A stretch of 64,000 nt of DNA from Callorhinchus milii (lineage: Eukaryota): assembly GCF_018977255.1 (NCBI RefSeq), contig NW_024704743.1:34040001-34104000 (forward strand). The letters are read 5' to 3'. The translations under genes were made by a program, and so were the position numbers. Position 1 is the stretch's first letter; each line of letters starts with the position of its first letter. Shown one piece after another: positions 47,911 through 62,449 of this stretch. Below the pieces are notes generated by a model. That model did no database searches, was not told the DNA's origin, and worked only from the letters and a program-made list of their open reading frames with translations.

Positions 47911-50269
47911 GCAAGTATCTCACCATTCACAGAGTATTATGATAAAACATTCTTTCAAATCTACTGCACTATGGAATAATAACATCCTTGCATTTGATAT
48001 AGCGCCTTATCACATCGTTGAGACATCTCAATGCGCTTCACAGAATATACTATAAAGTGAATTGACTGTATTCCCACAGTGTTCCTTAAACAGTTGTGGA
48101 TTGAATAAACCATCTTTGTATTAAATCACCATTAGAATATCACAAGATGGATTTGATGGATAAAGAGGCTTTTCAGTCCATCCTTCCTGAATACCCACCA
48201 TACTAATTTCCCATTACAGCATCAAGCTGTTTCTTTAATGAGTTCAGTATCCTGGCCTCAACTACCTTTTGGGTAACATGTTGATTGCCTTCTCAGTAAA
48301 GATGTTTTTCTTGGTGTCTGTTATGAAATTGTCTGCATAGCCTTGGACCTTTGCTCCCCTGTCCTGCTGCTTTGGTGTATCTTCAAATATTGTTCTGGGT
48401 TTACTGTGTCACGATTGATTGTCCAAGGCTGTTGCACAGAGTGGTAAACTCTGCACAAAGTGAATAAAAAAAATAATAATCCATACACTTGTGCCTTTCA
48501 AATCAGGAGGATGTCTCAAAGTGATTCAGATTTACTGTAAAATGGAGTGGCTCTATTCTGTAAGTGACCTTGACAGCCATTTTGCACACAGCTATTAGAG
48601 GAAGGAGCCAAGTTAAGATGTTTCCACACAGGAGACAGAGTCCCCAGAGGAACAGCAGTAGGATGCATAACCTTGCGATTGGAGACGGTTTAAGGTGACT
48701 ACCCTGGATAAAGACAGATTGCGTGAGAAAAGTGTTAGCAAAAGTGCATTAGATAGCTATTTGGCAAGGAAATTCAGGTAATAGTAGTGCATGAGTTCTT
48801 GTTTAACTTTGGGACTGGCCCGATGGTCTTTTCCAATCTTTTAGGTTATGATTTAACTCGGATTATTCCCTGACAAAACACTGAATTTTGTGAAGAAATC
48901 ACTCCCCTCCTCTGTATTTCAATGTTTTCCTATTCATTTTCTTCCTCCTAAGCCAAACCCTGGACCCATGAAAATAACAGAAATAGAATAAATTAGACCC
49001 AGGGGAATTTCTACTTCACAGACTGAACATTTTTTAAAAAGATCAAATGTTCAATTCTCCCTTTCAGGATCTGTGTGCTTCAGGTCCTATATCATTCAGC
49101 TGGAGCTGGATTTGGGTCTGGGTGCCAACACTCAGTAATCTGGTTTGGCGTGCGTGCTTAGATGCATCACAGAAGCCTCTTTTGCAGGATAGGTTGGGAG
49201 GCAGGGTGGGAGACCATAGCATGGCCGTCCAATAGACCAGAGGCCTCTGCGATGCATTTGAGAATGTGCCAACCTCTGCCGAGTGCACACACCAGTCACA
49301 GGAGGCCTCTGCAATGCAAGACGCCATTTTTCGGGACTAGTTATCCGATCAATTTTACATTGTAAGTACTTACAAGGATTTCTAGAATGCGACTAGTTAC
49401 ATGTTAAGTGGAGCGACAAGTAAAGTGGAGTCCATTATTATTTTGCATGGGAAGCAGCCGGGATATTGATAGCATGGCTACTGAAGGGATAGTGACTAGC
49501 TAAACCAGTGTCTTGTTAACAGGAATTTACTGTGTATTGTTATTCTATCACTATGTCTATATATGTCTAAGTCCAGGAAAACATGAGGCTAGAGTCTGAA
49601 CTGCAGCAGAGCTTATTTATTACAGTTGTACCGTAAAAATTGGTGAAAAGTTGTCTTCTTTGCCAGTTGGAAATAGTTTGAGGATTTACCATCTCTCTTA
49701 TGGATCGTACCCTAAAGTACAATCAGTGCTCAGCCCCACATCTCCTTGAGACATCTTGATAACCACATTTGGCATTAAGCCACAATACACACATTCAATT
49801 TCCATTGCAAAAGAAGATGAAAACTCTCCATTGTCATCTAACCGATATACACAGTACACTTCGCTATAGGTCCAATACTTCAATCAGATGGAGTGTCGCA
49901 GTGAGACATTGCTCACTCTGTCAAGTTTTCTGCTGAAGTAAGTCCTACAGACAGAGATCGACTTCACAGTGAATTAATGAAATGCTTGCACCACTGCTTT
50001 TATTGCCTTGATGATTTATACTAGTGTTCTTTGGGCATAGCGTCACCAAATACACTGAGACCCGTACTCAGGAGTACGTTTGCTGCATCTCTGAGCCAGT
50101 TTCCCTACAGACAGTTTGATGGTGAGCAGGGGGGGCTTCAAGGTTCAACCCTAATTGGCTGCCTCCTCACAAGAGTTCTTACGTTGCTCATCCTGATGTG
50201 TAGACTGTTTTCCAATGGCTTTGTTATTGTGTCTTACAAAATAATTCTTTTTGTTTTTTCAAACCCAAG

Positions 50270-50351
50270 GCTGGCAATGTGGTGACCGGGGAGATGGTGG
50301 AAGAGCTCATTCTCTCGGGAGCCGACATCATTAAAGTTGGCATTGGCCCAG
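50270..50351 (+). CDS. GMPR: GMP reductase 1, exon 5
   Basis: Pyrimidine tract plus aag acceptor; [27 protein letters not shown](G); donor GTAAAT. Confidence 0.96.
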
Positions 50352-50744
50352 GTAAATGAATAAGCAAGAAGACCTTTAGGGTATGCAGAGCCATGGGATA
50401 TGCAGAGCTCCAGCCTCCTCTATGTTGCTCTTTCTGTGCCATACAGTATTAATCTATTACAAAGTACTCCAGCACATCAGTGTGGTAATTGAAACAATTG
50501 TTTTAAATTGCTCTGATACCCCTTCCACCTTACTATCTTAACTGTGGAGGCAACTATTAATGTACAAAGACCCCCTTTCATGGCTCTGGAAGTAACCTTC
50601 AGAGCCAGATCAGCTGTCTGTGCCTGAGCGAGTGCTGAAATAAAACCGTCTATCTGCTGACAAACAGCTGATCAATGGGACCGTCAGACTGAACCTTTGG
50701 GACTTCTTATTTGTAGACTCCAGATCACTACATCTAAAATAATA

Positions 50745-51150
50745 ATAAATCCTTGCATTTGATATTGTGCTGTATCACATCTTTGACACATCTCAAAGTG
50801 CTTCATGGGATTTACTGTAGAGTGTAGTGACCATGTACTTTGTAGGCAAACCGCCACCTAATTTACACACAGCCATGTCCCACAATGGCCATAAAGTGAA
50901 TGATCAATTTTATCAGGGAGTTAATTGGCCAAGACACTGGGAGAAACTCCTTTCCCTTTTCAATTAGTGCCATAGGATCATTAGAGTCCACCTGAATAGG
51001 CAGACAGGGTCTCGGTTTAACATCTCATCCGACAATGTATCGCTCCCCCAGCACCACACTGAATTGTCAGTCTAGACTATGAACTTAAAGACCTAATGCG
51101 GGACTTGAACCCACAACCTTTTGAGGTGAGAGTGTGAGCCAGGCTGTCAC
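50745..51150 (-). mobile_element. SacSINE1/Deu-like SINE
   Basis: gggacttgaacccacaacctt reverse head; gtctcggtttaacatctcatccga body; aataataataaatccttgc tail. Confidence 0.72.
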
Positions 51151-53888
51151 CTGATATATGAAGTACATTATTAATGGTTCAATGGACAAACACATACGCT
51201 ACTGATCAGTCAAAATCAGTAACGTCACACGTTTGATTCACGGTCAATGCTGAATTAGCTGCTCTTTACGCTGCAGTAGGATTCAGTGGACACCAGTCAC
51301 AATCTGATACCTCCCCAAATGGCCATTTTTTATGTGTGAGCTAGACAATGGAGTACAGTTTGAACATTTATCGATAACTGGAGTTAATAGAGGAAATATC
51401 ACAAGGAAAGTACTAATATCACTAAGCACTGCACAGAATGTGAGATTTTTTGCTCATGTAGCAAAATTATTTGACCAAATAGAAATTTATCCTTCATCAA
51501 TGCTCATTGGGAGGCTACAATAAGATTTAACAGACTTTCATTGTGCAGGTGTTTCAGGGCATTGATACAGATGTTTCAGAGCATTTTACAGGTCAGCCCC
51601 ATCATAACTCGCTTCACTGGAGTGAGAATTCATTTATAACACAGTTGCGTTGAGGACCCATTCATTGTATGAGCAAGTAGCTGGCCTGCTTGCTCCCACA
51701 TGCCAGACAGCTTTAGCACTCTAGTGACTGGCTTCTGTGTCATTAGGTTGCTATTGATGTCACTTCCTGTGTTGCTACGCATGCGCGAAGCCACTTTTTC
51801 TTTCAAAAGAAAAATGATGTCTAGGTTATTGTCTCAGACCTAATGTAGAGAGTGAGTTGGCCGGTTGTGCTCATATGAGTAGTGTGCTAGTAAAACCTGC
51901 TAGAATTTCTGGATTCCAAACACTGTGATAATAGCTGCACTATATGTGGGTTTAGAAAGAATTGTTACCTAATGCTTTGAGATGGCTTCCCGAAGTGAAA
52001 GGCACTATGCAAATGTAAATTGCATTGTGTTGTACATAGCAATGGGTTTCTTCCGAAAAAGACCAACAAGAGAAGTGTGTTTAGATTCTGTGACAATACT
52101 GAAACATCATAAAAAAAGACAAACATAAGCTGTAACATTACATCGATTGGCTTGAGAGCAACAATTTGTGAAACTGTACAGTATGTCATTAAAATGTATT
52201 TCCAGATAGGTATTCATTAATACAGAAGGTGTCATGTCACAGACTAACGTAAGATGTGCAGATGTTAAGAATAGGTTCAGGGTGATACAATTGTAACCAT
52301 AGTGACAGTACAGTAAAGCAGATCCAAGGCAATTGCAATTCTAATAATACATATAGCATCTTGCAATAATGAAGCCGGTGGCATATACAGAAAGGCACTC
52401 ATAAAAAATCATATCATGGCCAAGTTCATGGGTCTGTTACATCCCAGCCAAGTTTAATGGTCTGTTAAGATTACATAAGATCCGGCAAGTGATTTTGTTA
52501 CTGGTGATAATTATCACATCAACCCCCAAATGTGTTGGCGAACACAACCGATAGCTATCAGTGGCCGGAAGAAGGGAAACAGTCAACGCATGCACACATT
52601 TGGGTTTTACAAATTAAATTCAGGTGAACGTCATTTTTAAACAATTGACTTTTGAACAAAATTGGTAAATACTGAAATTGACAATGGTCCTTCTGTGTTT
52701 GCAAAGGGCAATGAAGTTGGGATAACTGTGGAAAGGGTGGTCATGTTACCAGCTACACTGCAGTCATTTCTCCAGTAAATAGAATGACATTCACTTTGCA
52801 GAGAAATATTGGAAAGTGACTGCGCGTGTCAGCAACATCTTATCTGCATTCTCACATGCTTATGTGCTCACTCCCACACGGACTTTCAGATGAAAAATCA
52901 ACCTTATGAGGAGGAATTTGCACGCAATGCTTCAGGTTGTCAGAATAGCACCAAGGAAATTATTTCTGCAGAACGGTTTTGTGTTGCGTTTTGCAACGTG
53001 AAAAATGCAATGAACATAATGCCAGGACGCCAGAATAACCTCCCTTCTCTTTTGAACCCACAGCCTTCTGATAAGAGTGCTATTCACTGAGCCAGGTTGT
53101 GGCATTAAATCCACCTGGTCCAGTTTTACTCTATTTATATAGCATTTAGAACGTTATTACTGAATTATTGAATTCAGTCTTAAGTGAAACTCGATTTAAA
53201 TTGAATTGAAATCTGTCTGTCCATATGGATGTTAAAAGATTCTATGGCACTATTCAAAATGGGAAGGGAGTTTCTCTCAGTGTCTTGACCAACAAATCCC
53301 CCAAATAAAATTGTTCCCTCACTCCATCGCTGTTTGCAAGACATTGCAATGCCGAAATTGGCTGATATGTTCCCCCACAAAATACACAGTCACACCATTT
53401 TACAGTATATCATCTGAAATGCTTTGAGATGTATGGGGACCCGATAAGGGATAATTATATATTAATACAGTAAACCTCACATAAATGATATGAGTTGGGG
53501 CAATACATTTAATATGACTTGTGCAAATAATGAGTATGTCAAACTTGTATACAATATAAACTCTTGAATGGGACTTGGGTAGATGAACGACTTAGGTAAT
53601 TATACGATTTATATCACTATATATCAAATGCAGGGGTGATGATGATCATTATTTATTATTATTAACTTGAAGCTGTATTTCTATAGTTCTTAAAATAATT
53701 TACAGAAAAACAACTTCAAAATTAAGGCTGTTCAAAATACTCTTGCAGCACCTCTCTTCGTGTTGTTCTCCTCGATGTCTCTCACAAGGTTGCACATGGC
53801 ACGAAGCAGTGCCGAGACTGATGGGAGGAGGGGAGGAGCGGCAGGTAAAACAATTAAGTCAGAAATGGTTCTCGGGACAGAACAAATC

Positions 53889-54260
53889 ATAATCATAATA
53901 ATCCTTGCATTTGATATAGCGCCTTATCACACCTTCAAGATGTCTCAAAGCTCTTCACAGCATATACAGTAAAGTGAATTGACTGTATATTTTGTGGGCA
54001 AAATGTGGCAGTCAATTGCGCACAGCAGTGTCCCACAAACAGTCGTGGATTGAGTGACTAAATCATTTATCTTTTTTAAGGGATTATTACCCCCGGAAAA
54101 GCGATCCGCCAATCGACTAACAACCGGATTCCTATTTACTGCTAGGTGAACAGAGGCGTGTGGAGTAAGGAGACTTGCCCAATGTTTCACCCTACCGGGA
54201 ATCGAACCCAGGTCCTCTTGCTTGTGAGGCGAGTGCTCTAACCACTGAGCAACAGGACTC
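53889..54260 (-). mobile_element. Full-length tRNA-derived SINE (long form)
   Basis: Reverse B box GGAATCGAACC and head ctctaaccactgagcaacaggactc. Confidence 0.9.
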
Positions 54261-55165
54261 ATCCCCCAGGGTGATGTGGCCGCTGGCTGCCAGCTGAACC
54301 ACCCCGCCTTAAACCTATCATTGGATCGGCTCGGGGCACTGTGCAATTGAACATGTAGAATGGTCCTTACACTGCCCCTGGTCCTGGCCAACAATCTCCT
54401 AGATAAGAAATTGGTCACAGCTGTTTGTGGGAGGTTACTGTGAACAAAACTTGCTGCTGTATTCGCCAAGTAAACACAGTCTTTACATTTTATGGGAACT
54501 TTGTGAAGCCCTATAGATATTTTGACATGATAAGGCACTGTAACAAATGCATTATTATACATAATGTCTTAAATATTGCATAACATTATTTAAACATAAA
54601 ATAGTAATGGACCTTGCTGTTACATACTAGATAAACTTCTACGCCATCAAAACAGCCTTTTTTCTATTTTTTTATATAAAGCTTAATTTATTCTGTATAT
54701 AGAAGGCTGCAGGTTTGATCCTCAGGCTGTGCTGAGTTTACTGATTGCAGCAAACCATTCGTCCTCCTGGGTAATGAAGGGGAAACTAACCAGGAATGTG
54801 CTCATTGTTGCTCTCAAGTGATCACTGTGAGGGATTGAATGTGCAAGCAGCCCTCAGTGTGACTAAGGGATAAAAAAAAGGCATTTGGATGAGTTATTGG
54901 AGTGAGATCAACACCTGATACACTATACACTTATCATGTTTCTCCAAGTGTTCTGGCCATCAATTCCCCAAATTAACTGAGTTACTCAATCCATTTCTGT
55001 TTGTGGGATATTATTGTGTGCAAATTGACTGCCGTGTTCGCCCACAAAATACCCACAGTCACAGTGTATCCTATAAAGCTCTTTGAGACGCCTTGACAAT
55101 GTTGATAAGGTGTTATATCAAATGCAGGGATTACTTATTAATGACGCAGCTTCGCATAAATCTAG

Positions 55166-55393
<228 letters not shown>

Positions 55394-56213
55394 TAACCCA
55401 TCGTGTCTCCCATGGTGCCAGCTCTAATTCCTCCAGTAGAGCTTTATACTCTCACCACATACCCACGTAACCTTAAATCAGATTTTTCTTAAGAGTTTAT
55501 CAAATGCACTTTCAACTATCTTATTGGATTCAGCTTCAAGAGAAGACCTTTGATAAATTTCAACATTGAATGAGTTGAGCTTGATTTAATTTAATACAAT
55601 ACTGCACTGTATATGTGTTTATAAGGCCATATATATACAAATCCTTTTATGCCAGTGGAGTTGTAGAACAGCTTCCTTACGCAAAAATTATGCTGATTGG
55701 ACACTCATTTTCTGCCATTGTGTGCCATTGAGTGTATCCTTGTTGTTAGTTTCATGAGATTTGCAGTCTGATAAGTCTATGTCTCACAGTCGCACTCTGT
55801 GATGTTTCACTTTACACTACAGCTGTATTTACATTGTGGCTCTGCAGCCTTGAAATGTGGCACTAAATCTGGAGATGTTGGGCACTTTGAGCATCCTGCA
55901 CCTTGACATTGTCTTGGGACTTACGTAGAGCGATTGTGGTAACAGGGTATGTGCACAGCTTGACGTTATCCCCTTATTCTTGTGTGGCACATTGAATGTG
56001 ACAATCAGCACAGGAGGTAAGCAGGATCTCCTTGGAGTTGAAGTGACGTGCTTGGCAATGGAATGTCGAAATCGAGTCAATCGTCTATGGTGGTCTTGGT
56101 TGTCCAGTTGCAGAGCCAGGCGGTCTGCAGTATTCAAGGACACTGCTGATGACAACTCAGCTAGTCTGGTTCATCGGCAGGGATTCTTCACACTCAGCTC
56201 CTGTTAACCCTGC

Positions 56214-56535
56214 AATAATAATAATAATAATCCTTGCATTTGATATAGCGCTTTTCACGTCGGGAGGACGTCCCAAAGCGTTTCACAGAACACACTGCAA
56301 AGTGAATTGACTGTATATTTGTGGGCGAACGCGGCAGCCAATTGCGCACAGCAATGTCCCACAAACAGTCATAGATTGAAAATGACCAATTTATTATTGT
56401 TTTTGGTTTTGGAGGGATTATTATTAGGCTCTGTGTGGAGTAAGGAAACTTGCCCAAGGTTTCACCCTGCCGGGAATTGAACTCGGGTCTCTCGCTTACA
56501 AAGCGAGTGCTCTAACCACTGAACTACAGGACTCC
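56214..56535 (-). mobile_element. Full-length tRNA-derived SINE (short form) with L2-like tail
   Basis: Head GGAGTCCTGTAGTTCAGTGGTTAGAGCACTCGCTTTGTAAGCGAGAGACCCGAGTTCAATTCC; tail TTGGGACGTCCTCCCGACGTGAAA. Confidence 0.9.
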
Positions 56536-56659
56536 AAATGCAAGTCAAAGCTCTAATGAATAGGGCAGTCCTAGCTAGACAAGCAGTGGGAAAGTTTGCC
56601 AGACAGTGCTTTCAATGACAAACTATACGATTTTAACTTGTTAAACATCATCATTGTCC

Positions 56660-56870
56660 CAAAGCAGAATCTGGGCTTGGGTCTTGCCAACCTGCGCCTG
56701 ATACTGTCTGGGATTGGGTAAGCATGAAGCATCCCTCCAGGGAGTAAGAGTGCATTCCATTCCAAACATAAGAATTTCCATGTGTGGGTGGCAAACATAG
56801 AAGTCTGTTTGGTTTAGATATTAGCATGGTGATGGATTGCCCTGTGTGTCAGACACCCAGCTGACCAAAA
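56660..56870 (-). repeat. Unassigned multi-hairpin dispersed repeat copy
   Basis: Reverse complement aligns with 46155-46360. Confidence 0.7.
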
Positions 56871-59800
56871 ATTGGCACAAAAAATGCCACCAGTTTGAAT
56901 CTTCAATTGGCTATGGGATAAACCATTTGCCTGAAGTCAGGGGTGGCCTGTGCACTCATAAACTGGGCATTAGGGAAAGATTTTAAGTCCAGACAGAGTT
57001 TATCACATCACATGTCTCATTTCACTCTTCTGTGTTCAAGGCTCACATCAGGGCTATAAGTTCATAGTCTACTCTGATACTCCAGTGAAGTGCTGGAGGA
57101 AGTGCTGCATTGTTGGAGATGTCATCCTTCAGCTAAGATATTAAACCAAGGTGCTGTCTGCCTGTTACAGTAGATGTGGCACCATTTGAAAAGAGAAGGG
57201 AGTTTCTTCCGGTGTCCTGGTCAGCAATCCCCTAGATTAAAAAATGCAGTCATTCATTCATTCATATGTTCATCCGACACTTTTCCGTTTCCCACACTTT
57301 TGCATCTGTACTTCAGGAGATAACAGAAGGTAGATGAAGTGAAAGTGTGGATGCTACTGCTATGAAGACGGCTTACGTTATTTTTCCATGAACAAGCAGT
57401 AACAGTAGCAGTGAATTTTTATGTTCATTGTGGATGGCATCAACTATTGCGGAAATCATCCAGTGCCAAAGGGGGTCCAGGTACTTTTACAGGTGGGAAA
57501 ATTACATTATTTTGATGCTGTCCCTGGCAAACCTGTAGTGGAGAAGTGGGGTGAGATACAGATCTGATTGTAGCACTGTACTGGATTAACTTTGTGTTGC
57601 TACGTATCGCTCTGCTAGCTTCAACATCAACAGTTTGCATTCATGTAGCACCCTTTACCCGGGGTAGCATCTCAGAGCACTTAGCAATTATGTACTTTGA
57701 TGGCAAGCCAAGGGGAAAGGGGAGATAACCATAGGCACGGTCAAAATCTCATTGAGACTTCAAGAGTTCTCATTGCTGGGCATGTGAGCCCCAGGATCCT
57801 GGTCATCTCAGTTGTTCCTTCCACATCAAAGCAGCTTGATACTACACAATGTGGAATAGGCTTTGTATGTAGAAACAGAATTCAGGTGTTACCCAACTTA
57901 TTCAAAGGCGAAAGGGGTAAGACATCACTATCATGGCAATCGAGTAGCAGCTTTGTTGTGAACTGGCGGCTGCAACACTATAATTGGGATGCTCATTACA
58001 GTTGGTGAAGAGATAGATTACACACCTTCAGGTGACACAGTCAATAGTTGAGCCGAAGGTGCTCTCTGCAAAACTATGGCGGTCCAGGAACTCTTCTCTT
58101 TCAATTATAATGAAAGCATAGCCTTATTTTTCTTAAAGAACATCAGCTATTTACAGAGGCAAAAGAAAACAGACTGGGAAGACATTGAAGTCCAGAGGCA
58201 GAAAGATGACATGGAGTATACTTTCACTTGGGGAATTATAACTACATGAAGCATTCGCTATACTCTGAATATCACAAGTAACCTCAAATAAGAAACGGAA
58301 GGATTTAAAGTAATGCTCCCATTGTAATACTTTAACAGAAGACAAAATTATGAGACAAATTAGTAGTGTTTGGTAAAGGTATATTGGCTGTACATTAGGT
58401 ATCTTCTAACACCACTCAATAGATGTTGTAAGAAAATAGTAACTTGTGTTCTTAAAGCACTATATCATACTGAAATATTTCAAAGCTTCACAGTAATTAT
58501 TTTCAAGCCATTGCACAATAGCCATCAAGTGAATACCATACAATTTACATTTGTGTAATGGTTTTCATGTCAGGAGGACATCTCAAAGCACTTAGAAGTA
58601 AATGACTAATTTAACTGACAGATTTTTAGCCAGGTCACTGGGAGAAACGTTCGCCTTTCAAACAGTGTTATTGTACTATTACAAGAGGGAAATAGATTGC
58701 GAAACAGAGAAGACTGCAATGCTTATTGGGCTGGAGGAGCACTGAGTGGAGGGAGGAATTTGAGGAATTGTGGACAAAAAGCCAGGGGATGATCAGGGAA
58801 ATCATAAATACTTTTCTAAATTAGCAAAATCCTAGAGTTCAGTGGCTGTCCAGGAGTACATACAGTACATGGCCTCTAGATGGCGATGTAGGATACCACA
58901 TTTGAACCTTCAGTTTAAAACAGTAAAAAGACAATGTCGATCATCCACTCAATAAAAAGTATAGCAGATAAGACAGGCATTCAACAAGAAAATATTCACA
59001 CTTTAAGAAGTTAAACTCTGTGATACAACGTTGAGGGTAATAATGTCAACCAACAAGAACAATACATACAATACCTAGACTTACAGCATGGGAACAAGCT
59101 ATTTGACCCAACTAGTCCATGCTGGTGTTTATACACCACATGAGTCTCCACGACTAGCCCACAGCCCTCGATTCCCTTCTCGCTCATGAAAGTGCCAGGA
59201 ATGTTTACTACTATGAATCTATGAGGAAAAAATGACAGTACATTTAACAGATTTGATCAATAAGGCGAGACCCAATGCAGCCTCCAACATAGAATCTATT
59301 TTTACAACTAAAATTTACATTTCGAGCCCTACTTCAGGAAACTAAATCCTGTATATAGGCAGCTTGCTGTAGTAGAATTGAGGACTGCTGGGATGCCAGA
59401 GAGTTCCAGAGAGTGGAGCAGATACACTGAGGCCCAACCACTAATGGTGGAGCAGGTGGGGGCGGGGGGATGGGACATGAAGCAGATCAGTGGAGGAAGA
59501 GAATGGGGAGAACACTTCGTGGCGACAGTGTTCTTCCTCTGCTAGATTGCAAGATTAATTGTTCTAACCACCTTGAGGTGGAATTGTGAACGCAAGAGAG
59601 TAATGGCTGGTATCAGGTAATGTACCAGGAGCAGATATAATAATAATAATAATAATACTTATTTTTGAAATAGATATGGCAAGAGATCGATAGGACCTTT
59701 CTTCAAATGGGATGTCATGGAAACTTTCACTTACTGTAGTGACTCTAGACACACATATATTCAGAAGATTAAAATAATTTTGATCGTTCAATTCATGCCA

Positions 59801-61239
59801 GTTTGTGGGACGTTGCTGTGCGCAAATATACCTGATGCGTTTGCCTACAGTATACACAGTCAATACATTTTACAGTGAATCATTTATATAATAATTCTTG
59901 CATTTGATATAGCGCCTTATCACATCTTCGAGGCATCTCAAAGCTCTTCACAGATATTGTAAAGTGAATTAACTGTATATTTTGTGGGCGAAAAATGAAG
60001 CACTTTGAAACACTATGAAGCACTCCTGATACAAAAGGTGCTATATCAAATATAATGATTATTTATTATTTCTGTACATTTGATTTGGCGTATATAAACA
60101 TCAAAATGTCTCAAAGCATATCCCAGTAATTATTGTTAATTGTAATGACTGTGTGTTTTAGATAAATTTGCACCAGCAATCTCCCACAAACAGCCATGAT
60201 ATGATTGATCAATTTTATCTGGGAGAATATTGACCAGCACACCAGGGGAAATTCTCCTTTCCAATAGCGTCACAAAATCTTTAACATCCACCTGAACCTG
60301 AAGATGACAAGAGAGGCCGGAGTAAGGAAGACCAACCTCTTTCTTCCATTATACCAGTTCCGCTGTCCTCCAATTCCATCATCAAACTGTGTTTTAAATG
60401 AATCCTGTGTCCTGACCATAAATCACCCTTTCTGGTAACTTGCTCCAGATGTTACTTTAATTTGTGTTAATATCTACACTCCAGCCACTTCTGGCGACAT
60501 GAGGCAAAGTTTCTCTACAAATAACTGCAAAGATTTGTAGTTGAAGACTTATGGCCAGATATAATAGTCTACGTGCAGACACGTTTCCTCAATCATTCCT
60601 CTGACGTAATCAAGGTTAGAAGAATCTTATTTTTTTTTGGCATGGAGGGTTTTTAGAACTTGAAGTGCTTCAGCGCAAGTAGCTGTTGAAGCCTTGTGCA
60701 TAACTGCCTCTGAACGAGAATTGGATAAATACTTGGAAGAAAAATAATGCTGCATCAAAGTTTGTGGTGAGAGAGCAGGTGAATGGGATGAGAGTAGATA
60801 GTTCCAGCAGGGTAGCTAGAACCAGCAATGACACGATATGTGGTAGCATGACCTCCATCTGTGCTGTAAACATTCTGAGATTGAAATAACTGGGCTGTCA
60901 GCCAAAGACTGGCTGAAGCAGGTGCTGAAACAATTCTGGCTTCTGTGTGAGTCGTCCTCCCAATCCGGTAGGATGAATGAAGCTGCCCATCACATTTAAG
61001 CCATTTGAAAACCTGGGTTTCATGGTCTAAATAGTTGAATGGGATTTATGTACGCTTTTTTTTTCCTTTTTGGATGCGATTGCAATGACAATACAAAAAC
61101 TCCCTATATCAGAAAAATGAAAACCCAGACTGCTGAGAAGTTGGGTGCAGACTCACAGAACAGAACAACCTCAAATGAAGCAAAAGTTTCTCACCCCCAT
61201 TCTTGGAGGATCAAGGCAAGATTTCGGATATGCAAACAA

Positions 61240-61935
61240 CAACAATTTGCATTTACATTGTGCCGTTCACGTGTGGTAGTGTCTAGGAGCATTGAACAGT
61301 GAAAGAACATGACGACGAGATGAGAAAAGCAAAGATGTGACTAAACACAGTCGAAGATGAAGGTCCTCTGGTGCGATCTGAAGCGGAGCAAGGAGGAGGC
61401 AAGGTGGAGGGATTGAGGCAGAGAGTTCTAGGTGTAGCTCCTGAAAGCATGGCCACTGACGGTGGAGAGTAGGGGATGAGCGAAGGGGCCGGGGAGTGGA
61501 GTGTAAGCAGGTACGGAGGTGGGGATGTCAAGGGGCATGAAGTGATTTGTACATGACTGTGAGAACCTTGATATCGATCTGTTCTGAAATAGGGAGTCAG
61601 TGGAGCTTGGCAAGAACTAGGGTTATGGGGGGGTACAGAGTTTAATACACCTGAGGATACAGGCGGTAGAGTTTTGAATTTATTGGACTTCATGAATGAT
61701 GGAGCTGGGGAGACCAACGAGGAGGGCACTGGAATAATTGAGGCGTGATGTGGCGAAACCCTGGACAAGGGTTTCAACTGCGTTAGTTGTGAGGTACAGT
61801 CAGAGGTGGAGGAAAGCTGTCCTGGTCAGGGATCAAATGTGGGGTAGGAAGGACAGTTGGGGTTCGAACCTGACACCTATGACACATGGCTTCTGTCTTG
61901 TCAACATTCAGCTGCAGAAAGTTGGCGCTAATCCA
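61240..61935 (-). mobile_element. Old L2 LINE 3' fragment
   Basis: Minus ORF WISANFLQLNVDKTEA; reverse tail aacaacaacaatttgcatttac. Confidence 0.75.
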
Positions 61936-62449
61936 GATAAAACAGCAGTGCCTTGCCCCCAAATAATAACATAATAATAATAATAATCTTGCATTTGGTA
62001 AAGTGACTTTCAAGTCAGGAGGATGTCTCACAGGTTGTTACTAAAAGTGTATAAACTGAATGTTGTAGACAAAATACAGCTAGGTTTCAAACTCATTTAA
62101 AGGTTCTTGCATATCTTGAAGAACTGGAACTAGCTGACAGGAAAAAGGGTCTATTCCTTTCTCCTAGTACTATTCATGTGTGATTGGCACTGGTGGAATT
62201 TATCCTGTGTCTCCTTTGCTAGTGCTTTATATTCAATACACCCCTTTGTTAAGATCTCATGGCTCTATGGCTAGGGATAGTAAATGAGAGCTGAAAAGCA
62301 TACCCAACAGAATCTTATCTTTCAGCATCCACCACAAAAAGACATTTGTGACTCAGAATAATAAAAATAATAATAAAAATAGCTTACATTTGATATAGCA
62401 CCTTATCAGATCGTTGAGATGTCTCAAAGCGCTTCACAGAATTTACTGA

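Noticed and set aside
49040..49340. Cryptic exon in intron 4 (ttctccctttcag acceptor)
   Set aside because: Exons 4 and 5 join into a complete conserved sequence; no matching donor or homology identified
51755..51790. ETS (CACTTCCTG) and NRF1-like (CGCATGCGC) motifs
   Set aside because: Two short motifs with no CpG island or other support
54262..54290. ccagggtgatgtggcc resembling GMPR exon 7 (PGDVA)
   Set aside because: Upstream of exon 6, lacks DGGC and KAF codons and splice sites
56460..56535. tRNA-Thr-like gene
   Set aside because: It is the head of a multicopy SINE and runs into SINE body rather than a Pol III terminator
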